Source of the DNA: Terriglobales bacterium
GTDB lineage: Bacteria; Acidobacteriota; Terriglobia; Terriglobales; Acidobacteriaceae
Length of the DNA stretch: 59,730 nucleotides
Direction of reading: 5' to 3'
Assembly: GCA_035935775.1 (NCBI GenBank)
Contig: DASYWT010000199.1
Coordinates: 1 to 59,730 of the forward strand
A program made the position numbers and the translations under genes. This document shows positions 1-7,968 of the stretch, piece after piece. The notes beneath the pieces are model-generated. The model saw nothing but the letters and a program-made list of their open reading frames with translations, did not search any database and had not been told where the DNA came from. The first letter of the stretch is position 1. Each line of letters opens with the position of its first letter.

Positions 1-321
1 ACACAGCAATACTGCGGTCGGGTTTGTTTTCCCATGATCGAAGCCGGCGACCAAGGGCCAGTAAGGCGGAATCTCGAACTTTGGGTCAGTGATGATGATC
101 TTGTGACCAAAGCGATTCAGGATCTCGGCAAACACAAGTTCTCCCCCTCCGGCATCATGGACAATTTCCTGCTCTCGGTCCCAAGCCGCTTTCGAGCTGT
201 ATTTTCGCTTCTCTTGCTCGACCCAGGTCGCATCGCGTTCTGGGTCAGCGGTGTAGTGGACGCGCGCTACCAATATCCCAGACCGTGTGCGCCGTGTTGT
301 GAACCCCTTCAGGTCGCTCAT
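1..321 (-). CDS. Phage terminase large subunit, C-terminal nuclease part (partial, open at window edge)
   Basis: Absent from the ORF track because it runs off the edge. My translation from ATG 321-319 gives MSDLKGFTTRRTRSGILVARVHYTADPERDATWVEQEKRKYSS...PLVAGFDHGKTNPTAVLLC. GFDHG resembles the acidic motif of RNase H-like terminase nucleases. GGAGG lies 5 nt upstream of the ATG. Confidence 0.6.
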   Translation of the reverse strand, partial: MSDLKGFTTRRTRSGILVARVHYTADPERDATWVEQEKRKYSSKAAWDREQEIVHDAGGGELVFAEILNRFGHKIIITDPKFEIPPYWPLVAGFDHGKTNPTAVLLC

Positions 322-1100
322 ATCGCCTCCGTCACAAAATCAGCAAACCAGCCCGGCCCCGCCGAGCTGACCACGATGATCTTTTGACAAACCGGTACCG
401 CCGCGTCGTAAGCCTCGCCCGCTTCGGGCTGAAATGCGGCTTCGTCCATGAGTAAACCCCAGGGATGGAAAGATCGGATCTGGTCGGCGCCTTCGGGAAT
501 CCCGACGATGCGGCTGCCATTCGCAAATTCGAGCTTGAGAGCCGCCTGGTCTTTCAGCGGTTTGGCCAATGGAAAGCGCTGCTTCAGGCCAGGATCCTGC
601 TGCCCATACAAGGTCTTCGCGTAGTCCACCAGCTCCGCGGCCTTATCTTCCTTCTGCGACTGAAAAAGCACCTCGCGGCGCTGATTGGTCATAGCTGCAT
701 GGGTGAAGTACCCCACGCAGAGCCAGGAGAGCATCAGGTCGCGCGATTTCTCAATGAAGATAACCGCTTCGGACTCAAACCGTTCCACTAGAAGAGGGAA
801 GTACGGCTTGTCTGGAAATCGGCGGTAAGGGCCGCTGGCGCCGGCTTCCCGCCAGTGACTGTCGCGGGTGCGGGTGTGGTGCTGCAGCCAGACCAGCGGG
901 TCCAGTACGGCTCGGTCAAGTTGCGCATTTGGCTGTGGACGCTTTGCCTCCGCGAGCATCCGCGCGGCGGCGCGAGATTGCAGAGAGCCAATGGGGAACT
1001 GCCCCGGCCCCACTTGCAGCCCTGCGGCGACCAATCTGATGTCCGGCGTGGCTATTAGAACCCTTCTACTCGGATCCATTTCCCTCCTTGCTCCCTCCAC
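318..1100 (-). CDS. Phage terminase large subunit, N-terminal ATPase part
   Basis: IEKSRDLMLSW (Walker A-like K-S/A-R-x-x-G-x-S variant seen in terminases), LLMDEAAF (Walker B) and VVSSAG (coupling motif). The stop TGA overlaps the next ATG (ATGA). The start could be the internal Met at 1079. Confidence 0.65.
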   Translation of the reverse strand: MEGARREMDPSRRVLIATPDIRLVAAGLQVGPGQFPIGSLQSRAAARMLAEAKRPQPNAQLDRAVLDPLVWLQHHTRTRDSHWREAGASGPYRRFPDKPYFPLLVERFESEAVIFIEKSRDLMLSWLCVGYFTHAAMTNQRREVLFQSQKEDKAAELVDYAKTLYGQQDPGLKQRFPLAKPLKDQAALKLEFANGSRIVGIPEGADQIRSFHPWGLLMDEAAFQPEAGEAYDAAVPVCQKIIVVSSAGPGWFADFVTEAI

Positions 1101-1548
1101 CCCGTGCTACCCCGCTGATCACGTCGTTGAACCAGTCTGGCAACTGCCCGTCTCGCACGTAGGCGTCGAGTTCGGCCGATGTCATCCGCTCGAACAGGTG
1201 GTTGAGATCGACCCGTTCCGAGCGCTCCACCCATTGACCAGAGGCATTAATTCGCGAGTAGGCGCTCACAGCACTGACAACTGCCGAGGCGTTGACCTCG
1301 ACCTCGCCTGCACGCTCAATGATGCGTTCTAGGGCAGCCCTGACGTTTCGCTGGCGTTTTTGGAAGAGGTCCAGAGCGTGAGCGTGCCTATAAACGGTGG
1401 AACGGTCCTTGAGGCCATACTCTTTCGCGATCGCCGCGGGCCTGCGCCAGCCGATGAAATCGTTCTCGATCTCTTCCCGATGGGAGTGAGCACAAATCTT
1501 GCATCCGGCGGCATGGCGGCCAATGTTAACCGCGCTATCCTGTGTCAT
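1066..1548 (-). CDS. Small terminase-like / HTH DNA-binding phage protein
   Basis: Lies immediately upstream of the large terminase and overlaps it. Has an HTH-like segment IAKEYGLKDRSTVYRHA and an N-terminal Cys/His cluster CKICAHSH. The family call rests on position only. Confidence 0.45.
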   Translation of the reverse strand: MTQDSAVNIGRHAAGCKICAHSHREEIENDFIGWRRPAAIAKEYGLKDRSTVYRHAHALDLFQKRQRNVRAALERIIERAGEVEVNASAVVSAVSAYSRINASGQWVERSERVDLNHLFERMTSAELDAYVRDGQLPDWFNDVISGVARGGGSKEGNGSE

Positions 1549-1683
1549 TCGCCATCTCCTGGTACAGGAGACTGCTCGTCGTCGGGCTTCTTGTTGCGTC
1601 CAGGTTGCGTGCTTTGCCGGACTTTGCCGGAATCTGCAGAGGGAAGTTGTTGATCTGCTTTGTTTTCAGTGGCCGCCTTAGGT

Positions 1684-1728
1684 CTCATAATCCGTAGGTC
1701 GTTGGTTCGAGTCCAACCGCCGCCACCA
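1684..1728 (+). tRNA. Truncated tRNA (anticodon CAU) 3-prime half, probable phage att core; not a functional tRNA
   Basis: Reads anticodon loop CTCATAA, stem TCCGT, variable AGGTC, T arm GTTGG-TTCGAGT-CCAAC, acceptor CGCCGCC, discriminator A, CCA. The 5-prime partners are absent: ACGGA is expected at 1679-1683 and GGCGGCG near 1653. Confidence 0.7.
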
Positions 1729-1756
1729 ATTCCTTCGTTCCCGGACTGCCAGTAGC

Positions 1757-2737
1757 CTACCGTTCTACAACCTCCCAGGAGCTGTCCGGATTGTAGGCGG
1801 TCATTGACGTCGCAACGCGCTGGGTTTCAGGACCTAGATCCTTCTCGAACACGATGCCATCCTGGTTGACCAGGAAGGTCATAACTCCGGAGTTTTTGTA
1901 CTGCGCGGGATAGGCGAGAAAAGCAAAGCCGCGAACCAACTTGCCCTTCGCCAGATAGTTTTCCGAGCCTCCCCTGGCAGCGGACCCTTGCTTGGTAAGG
2001 ATGCGATAGTAATAGCCATGATAGGGAATGGGCTGGCCCTGCTTTGCGGTGTAGCCTTCAGCAGCCGCCTGCACGATAAGAGGCCCAATGGGGCTGAGCG
2101 GTTCGCCCTCCGTTGATTTCCAGAAAAGACCATTCTGTTTGCCGGGATCGCTGAGAAATTTCATCGCGTAGTGTCTGGAGGACTCACCGCTGCGGAGGTT
2201 AGCTGCGTATTCGTGTTGCGCGTCTACCAGTGCTTCGCAGGTTTCGATCGTATGGTTTTCGTTGGCGCCCACACGGCGGAAAAGGATCTCCTGCTTGCCG
2301 TTTTCAGCGTCGAAGTACCAGGCCCCGGAGGAGTTTTTCACAATCGAGACCGGGAAAGGCCAGTTTTCCGCGCCAATGTAAAGAGTGGCGGTGCCATCCG
2401 GTTCGATCACCACGCGGTGCATTTGCTCGTAGCGGCGCAAAAAGTTCTGGACCATGTTCTTATCGGCGACGTCGTCGCCGGTGTGCAGCAGGGCGCCGGC
2501 AGAGTTGCCAAGAATCTCCGAGAGGGCCGCTTGGTCATTCGTTTTGGCGGCATCATAGAGGGCCAGCACCGCCGTACCTGGAGATGAGAAGGTTTTTTCA
2601 TTTCCCTTCTGAGCGCGCAGGCGCGGCAGAGCCAGGAACAAACAAGTAATCGCCAACAGGAATGCCAGGGTGCTGCTGGGCCGGAGTATGACGCTGGAGG
2701 AATCTAAGAAATTGCGAATTCTTCGCGATAGTTTCAT
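1757..2737 (-). CDS. DUF2950 family secreted protein
   Basis: N-terminal hydrophobic segment LAFLLAITCLFLALP. The C-terminal block YHGYYYRILTKQGSAARGGSENYLAKGKLVRGFAFLAYPAQYKNSGVMTFLVNQDGIVFEKDLG is one I recognise as the DUF2950 signature. It sits directly downstream of a DUF3300 gene, the usual pairing. Confidence 0.8.
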   Translation of the reverse strand: MKLSRRIRNFLDSSSVILRPSSTLAFLLAITCLFLALPRLRAQKGNEKTFSSPGTAVLALYDAAKTNDQAALSEILGNSAGALLHTGDDVADKNMVQNFLRRYEQMHRVVIEPDGTATLYIGAENWPFPVSIVKNSSGAWYFDAENGKQEILFRRVGANENHTIETCEALVDAQHEYAANLRSGESSRHYAMKFLSDPGKQNGLFWKSTEGEPLSPIGPLIVQAAAEGYTAKQGQPIPYHGYYYRILTKQGSAARGGSENYLAKGKLVRGFAFLAYPAQYKNSGVMTFLVNQDGIVFEKDLGPETQRVATSMTAYNPDSSWEVVER

Positions 2738-2865
2738 GTGCGTTTCTCCCGGTTCCGAAACACTGCTGCCCTGGTGACCGCCGCGTTCTAGCGCCTGCGA
2801 CCGCCGCGGGAGCCACCGCCTCCTCCGCCCATGCTGCGCTGCCCGCGCGCGCTGTTGACGCGCGC

Positions 2866-4310
2866 TTATCCCCCGCCGCCATAATTGCTGAAAGCGCCTG
2901 AAGCGGTGCCCCGGTTCTGCTGACCAAAGCCGCGCGCGGCGGAATTGCGCTGCCCTTCGTTGAAATTCGGACGATTCTGCGGGTTTGTCCGCGGCGCAGT
3001 CCGATTCTGATTTAGCTCAGCGCGATTTTGGCCGCCGAGGTTAGCGCGATTGGCGGCATTTCCCTGGTTGAATTTGGGCTGGTTCCCCGCTGCCTGGTTC
3101 AGACCGCCGGCAGACCGCGTTCCGCCCAACTGCTGGCCTGTTGAGGCGCGCCTATTTTGGAACTGCTGCTGGTTACGCTGGGTTCCGAAATTGGGGGTCG
3201 TAAAGTTTGACCGACCGGCATTATTGAAATTGTTGGCGCGGTTATTCAGGTTGTTTCGGTTGAGATTGTTGGCGTTGCGATTGTTTCGGTTGAGATTGTT
3301 GCGGTTGATGTTGTTAGCATTGAGGTTGTTGCGGTTAATGTTGTTGGCATTGAGGTTGTTGCGGTTAATATTGTTGACGTTCCGATTGTAGTAATTGTTG
3401 CGGTTTACAAAAGCATTGGAATTGGAGACATACACGTTGCGGTTGTAAATGACAGCTGAGTTGTTCCATCCGCACCCCCACGAATTCCATCCCCACCCGC
3501 AGCAGCCGTTGTTGTTAATTGCCGCTCCAACGGCAACTCCGAGTCCGAAAGAAATGAGGCCCGTTGCGACCAGCTCTCCAGTCGAGGGAGGGGCGGGGCA
3601 ACGTATCCGGGATAAACGGCAACCGGCGCCCCATAGACTACGGTGGGGTTGTAAGTAGGCACATATACGACGTCAGGCTGAGAAGGCTCGATGACAATGG
3701 TCTGAGGTGGCGCTTGCACGATCACCGGCTGCGAATCGGCGGCAGCCTGCGGCTGCGGCGGAGGCGCCTGTTCGCTGGCGACCTTTTGTTGGGTGTTGGA
3801 TTTCAGATTTCCCGCCTGCGACGCGCGCGCACGCATCACCTGAATGGCGTTCATGACGTCTTGCGGAATGTTGAAATAGGCGTCGCCGAGAGCCGAGGTC
3901 CAGGAAAGATTAGAGGCCATCTGGCTCAAGACGTCGGGGAATTGGGTGAGTCCCTTGACGCTGACATCCCAGGGCTGTTGATTAACAGCCTGCATAAGGG
4001 CATCGCCCTTAAGATTCTTGTTCTGCTGCAACCAGTTGTTGGCTTGAGTGATCTGGTCAGGGTAGGTGGAGCCCGCCAGAACCTGCGCCACAAGGTTGTC
4101 AGGAAATAGGGCTATCGGGGCAACCAGCTGATAAAGCTGCTCGGCGCTGGGCTGAGCGTAGGTGGTCGCCGGCGCCTGTTCCTGCCCAGGCTGGGATTGC
4201 GCCGGCTGAGATTGCCCGTGTGCCTGCTTCTTGCATCCGTCCAAAGGCCACGTTGCAAAGGTGAGGCTTACGCTTAAGAAAACCGAGAGAAACTGCTGGT
4301 TGGCTGCCAT
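2866..4310 (-). pseudogene. DUF3300 family protein, reading frame broken (frameshift or sequence error near 3590-3598)
   Basis: The DUF3300 core LVAPIALFPDNLVAQVLAGSTYPDQITQANNWL...QPWDVSVKGLTQFPDVL is in the frame of ORF 3405..4400. The likely start is ATG 4310, giving the signal-like MAANQQFLSVFLSVSLTFATW. The expected tail GELVATGLISFGLGVAVGAAINNNGCCGWGWNSWGCGWNN continues into ORF 2866..3435 in a different frame. Confidence 0.7.
3251..3385. repeat. About nine tandem 15-bp units (TTGTTnGCrTTGAGr-like) encoding an Asn-rich pentapeptide repeat
   Basis: Read directly: ttgtttcggttgaga / ttgttggcgttgcga / ttgtttcggttgaga / ttgttgcggttgatg / ttgttagcattgagg / ttgttgcggttaatg / ttgttggcattgagg / ttgttgcggttaata / ttgttgacgttccga. 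On the minus strand this gives NNINRNNLNANNINRNNLNA... Confidence 0.85.
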
Positions 4311-4744
4311 GATCCATCTCCCGTCAGGGGCTCTCAAATGGCACGTTGCGCGGGCGTTGAGTCGCCAGAGGGAACTCCTCAATCGCCGCGGCCGGCGCAC
4401 ACGCTGCTCTTGCGCATATGGTGTCGGCCTGGGAAAACATCAAACCAGTTGAGATTGGCAACCGGGTCGAGGGATCGCCAGACTCCCATTCATCGTGGCA
4501 TCAGCCCCGTCCCTCGGGCATCTGTCAACATTGCCAGAGTGGATTGGGGTAATCACCGCGGCCAGTTCTCTGCTTCGCAATTGACGGCAGGCACAAGCTT
4601 TTCTCTTGTTGCGGCAACCATTCTGCGAATGAAATCAGAGCGCGCCCTCCTATCAGTTTTCCCAGTGTGACCGCCTCTCCGCCTGACGTAAGGTACCCGC
4701 AACCGGATTATCTTCGGCGGGCCCCAGTTAACAGGAGAAGAGTG

Positions 4745-6225
4745 ATGAGTGAAAACGAAAGAGGGATAACTCTGAGTTCGAGCTGGTGGCGCTCTGCTTC
4801 TTTCCTCACCGTCTGTCTGGCCATCACGATGTTCGCGGCGGGACAGGATCATCCGCCTGGCGTGTCGGCCCCGGTGCCACAACTGCCCGCCGCTCTTGGC
4901 GCTCGGCTGAAGACGCAAGTCACTCCCGCTTACCAAAGCAAGACCAGTACCCCCCGCCGGCGGATGCCAGTTCCGACGTCGCTGAGGTGTATCCGGAGGC
5001 TGCTACCGCTCCGCGTGGGGTTCAGGTCATCACCCTGCGAGAAGCGCAACAGAGAGCCGGCGCTGCAGACCCCAGCCCGCTGGCGCGCCTGGGCCGGCTT
5101 CAGGTGGAAGTGGCGCGGCAGAATCGCCTGGCTACCGCGTCCTCCTTCTTCCCTCAAATAGGTTCGGACTTCGCGAACCTTCACTTCAACAAGTTCATGG
5201 GACAACTGTTGCAGGTCAGACATCCGCTTCTTGGCACGAGCTCAATTGTCGGGTTGCCTCTGTTGGGGCAGAATCAAACCCTCGTTGCCGTTACCGCGAC
5301 CCAGCCGATCACGCCCCTGTTTCAGATTCAGCAGGCCTACAAGATCGCGGTTGCAGACGAGCGCATTGCCAAAGCCAAGGCGGGGATGCCGGTCGCGGAA
5401 ACCGCCCGCAAGGTCGAGAAGAATTACTACGAGTTGCTGGTCGCGGAGCGGCAACTCACTTTTGCGCAGTTAAGAGCCAAGGAATTTGAAAATAAGTGGA
5501 TGTTGGCTAGCACTTCGACTACGTCTGTGGCGTCGCCCGGCGACGAGGAGGAACTGCTTCAGACCAGCAACGCGCTGGCTGTGGCAACCACCAAGGTAAA
5601 GGAATTGACCGCATCACTGAACGACCTGCTCGGCTGGCCGTCAGATACAGAGCTGCAGTTGGTGCCTCCCGATCCGAGCTTCGAACATATTTCCCTCAAA
5701 GAAGCCACCGCAAAAGCGATGGCAGCCAATCCTGAGGTGATTGAGGCCGAGCAAACCCTGGTAAAGGCGCGGGCAGCGGCTACGCTGCAGAAATTGTCTT
5801 ATGTTCCCACCCTGGCGGCCACAGGCGGATATTTTTATAACGGCAATGTATTGCCGCTTTTGCCGCGCGACTTCTCCTACGTGGGGCTGATCGCGACCTA
5901 TAACCTCTTCGACTTCGGCAAGCGGGAACACGTTATAAAGGGTGCGAACGCCCAGGCTGAAATGGCCGAACTGGCCTTGCAGCTCACCAAGGCGAAAGTT
6001 GCCGCAGCCGTCAGGAATAGCGTGCTGGAGCTGGAGCGCTGGCGGCAGGTCAGTGAACTCTCCCACCACATGGCTTCGGCAATTCGGTTGCAAAAAGCCA
6101 GCTACGATGAAAGCAACGTCACAGTCATGCTGGCAAAGAAGGTCAAAGTAGAAGGAGAGATGTTTCAGGCCGACCTCAACTACCGGGAGGCGCTGGCTAA
6201 GCTGAAGGCCCTTATGGGGCAATGA
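4745..6225 (+). CDS. TolC-family outer membrane efflux protein (start and body in different frames; conservative in-frame ORF is 4786..6225)
   Basis: The body is TolC/OprM-like (ITLREAQQRA, FFPQIGSDFANLHFNKF, ending YREALAKLKALMGQ). The best start is ATG 4745, with AGGAGA upstream and signal peptide WWRSASFLTVCLAITMFAAGQ. That start lies in the frame of ORF 4667..5161. The candidate slip site is the C6 run at 4950-4955. Confidence 0.7.
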
Positions 6226-6503
6226 TAGGGAGTCCGCAGCCACAAAAACCATGCGGGCATCGCTGGAGTCCAAGGCTGAGGGGTCGGGGCGGCTGTACCC
6301 CAGTGGAAAACGAAACGACGGCACGAACGCATTGTTCTGGAAGTCCCCTTGCTGGTATCGCCGGGCGGCAAAACACAAAAAATGTTTCTTCTGGCTTGAA
6401 ACCAGACTCAAAATACTAGGCTGAACGCTCAGGAGTTTCCGGCCCGGGGTGTGACCTATCACCCACTACCTTCCCCTCGCTGGCCGGAGTAGAGGAGGTC
6501 TTT

Positions 6504-7205
6504 GTGCCTGTTAGGCGAAAGCGTACTTTGCCCGCAGTGGCTTTTTTCTTGGCGATCATTGTCGTTGCCTTCCTGGTGGCGACACACAGCGCCCCCACGG
6601 TGCGGGGCGGCGGCCCGCCGTTGCCCAGTCCGAAAATGGATTCTCCCTTGGCCAAAGCCAAGAGCCAGGAGACCGCGGTTATCGCGGGGGGCTGCTTCTG
6701 GGGCGTGCAAGGTGTTTTCCAGCATGTTCGCGGGGTTATAAGCGCGACATCGGGATACGCCGGCGGATCGGCGGCGGCAGCTGAATACGAGGTGGTCAGC
6801 ACCGGCGCCACGGGCCACGCCGAATCGGTAAGAATCACCTACGATCCTGCGCAAATCACTTACGGACAACTTCTGCAGGTTTTCTTTTCGGTGGCACACG
6901 ACCCCACGGAACTGAACCGTCAGGGACCGGATGTCGGCAGCCAGTACCGTTCCGTGGTCTTTTATGCGAATGACGAGCAGAAGCGAATCGCGCAAGCGTA
7001 CATTGCGCAGCTGGATGCCGCCAAGGTTTTCCCCAGCCCCATTGTCACCCAGGTAGTTTCGTTGAAGGGCTTTTACCCGGCTGAGGCGTATCACCAGAAC
7101 TACCTGGAGCGGCATCCGGACAGCCCGTATATCGTCATTAACGACCTGCCCAAGCTGACACATTTGCGCGAGCAGTTCCCCAGCCTCTACACCGGGAAAG
7201 AGTGA
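6504..7205 (+). CDS. msrA: Peptide methionine (S)-S-oxide reductase MsrA with N-terminal signal/anchor segment
   Basis: GCFWG active-site motif ([13 protein letters not shown]) and a full MsrA body through YHQNYL. The N-terminal hydrophobic stretch is [18 protein letters not shown]. Confidence 0.9.
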   Translation: MPVRRKRTLPAVAFFLAIIVVAFLVATHSAPTVRGGGPPLPSPKMDSPLAKAKSQETAVIAGGCFWGVQGVFQHVRGVISATSGYAGGSAAAAEYEVVSTGATGHAESVRITYDPAQITYGQLLQVFFSVAHDPTELNRQGPDVGSQYRSVVFYANDEQKRIAQAYIAQLDAAKVFPSPIVTQVVSLKGFYPAEAYHQNYLERHPDSPYIVINDLPKLTHLREQFPSLYTGKE

Positions 7206-7212
7206 GGACCGC

Positions 7213-7824
7213 ATGGATGCGAGTGATTTCGAGGCCGGCGCCGCGGCCGGCAAAATGGGCCGGCGGGCTTTTCTGTTCGGCTCCGCCTGCGCCGTTGCCG
7301 GCTTGGCAATTTGGTCCTGGGAGAAAGGTCCGGCGCCGGTGCAGGCCAAGCCTGCAGTTGGAGCGGAACGGCCGGTCACCATCATGCGCTTTTCCGATGC
7401 GGGCAAACGATTGGGAAAGGTCCGAGTCCACAGGGTGGTCAAGAGCGAGGAGGAGTGGCGCAAGCAGTTGTCGCCGGCCGCCTTCGAGATTACGCGCCTC
7501 GCGGGCACGGAACTTGCTTTTACCGGGCAATATTGGAATCTGCACGAGGCCGGACTCTATCGTTGCATCTGCTGCGATAATGCGTTGTTCAGTTCCCAGA
7601 CCAAGTTCGAGTCCGGCACCGGGTGGCCCAGTTTCTGGGCGCCCATCGCCGAGGAAAATGTGCGCACCGGAAACGACACCAGCCTGGGCATGGAGAGGAC
7701 CGAAGTCCGCTGCACCTTGTGCAATGCCCACCTGGGGCACGTGTTTGATGACGGCCCACCGCCCACCGGCCTGCGCTACTGCATGAATTCAGCGGCACTG
7801 CGGTTCGTGAAAAAGCAGAGCTGA
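7213..7824 (+). CDS. msrB: Peptide methionine (R)-S-oxide reductase MsrB with twin-arginine signal
   Basis: Two Cys pairs (CICC, CTLC), GWPSFW and the catalytic RYCMNS. The N-terminus carries [17 protein letters not shown] (Tat-like), and the start may be the Met at 7255. Confidence 0.9.
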   Translation: MDASDFEAGAAAGKMGRRAFLFGSACAVAGLAIWSWEKGPAPVQAKPAVGAERPVTIMRFSDAGKRLGKVRVHRVVKSEEEWRKQLSPAAFEITRLAGTELAFTGQYWNLHEAGLYRCICCDNALFSSQTKFESGTGWPSFWAPIAEENVRTGNDTSLGMERTEVRCTLCNAHLGHVFDDGPPPTGLRYCMNSAALRFVKKQS

Positions 7825-7968
7825 TGCCTGGTAGCGTGTCCGCTCGTCAAGGCGGCGTCTTTCACAGCTGTCTTTGTTCCTTGATCCTCTTCTTGCGACA
7901 CCTGTCTCAGAGCGGCGATCGCTTTCCTGGTGTTATCCTAAACTCTGCAACTAAGGTTTCAACCTCGC

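Larger units (their letters stand above)
1..1728 (-). mobile_element. Right end of an integrated prophage or prophage remnant (packaging module plus tRNA-derived att copy); continues past the left window edge
   Basis: Three consecutive minus-strand packaging ORFs (terS-like, terminase ATPase, terminase nuclease) lie upstream of a 45-nt tRNA 3-prime half at 1684-1728; the last ORF starts at 1548. Non-phage genes follow to the right. Confidence 0.6.

Noticed and set aside
1653-1728. Possible complete tRNA gene ending at the CCA at 1726-1728.
   Set aside because: The 5-prime acceptor strand (GGCGGCG), the D arm and the 5-prime anticodon stem (ACGGA) are not present upstream. Only the 3-prime 45 nt are tRNA-like.
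3050-3391. 113-aa Leu/Arg-rich plus-strand ORF.
   Set aside because: It is the antisense reading of the Asn-rich 15-bp repeat array in the DUF3300 tail. It has no start context and no independent support.
6459-7508. Long antisense ORFs in the track. Examples are 6459..7508, 10180..11166, 14767..16137, 18869..20041, 24954..26636, 36779..38113, 45377..46801 and 47846..49543.
   Set aside because: Each lies fully opposite a gene with strong family motifs. Their products are Arg/Gly/Pro/Ala-rich with no motifs, which is the usual shadow-ORF effect in GC-rich DNA.
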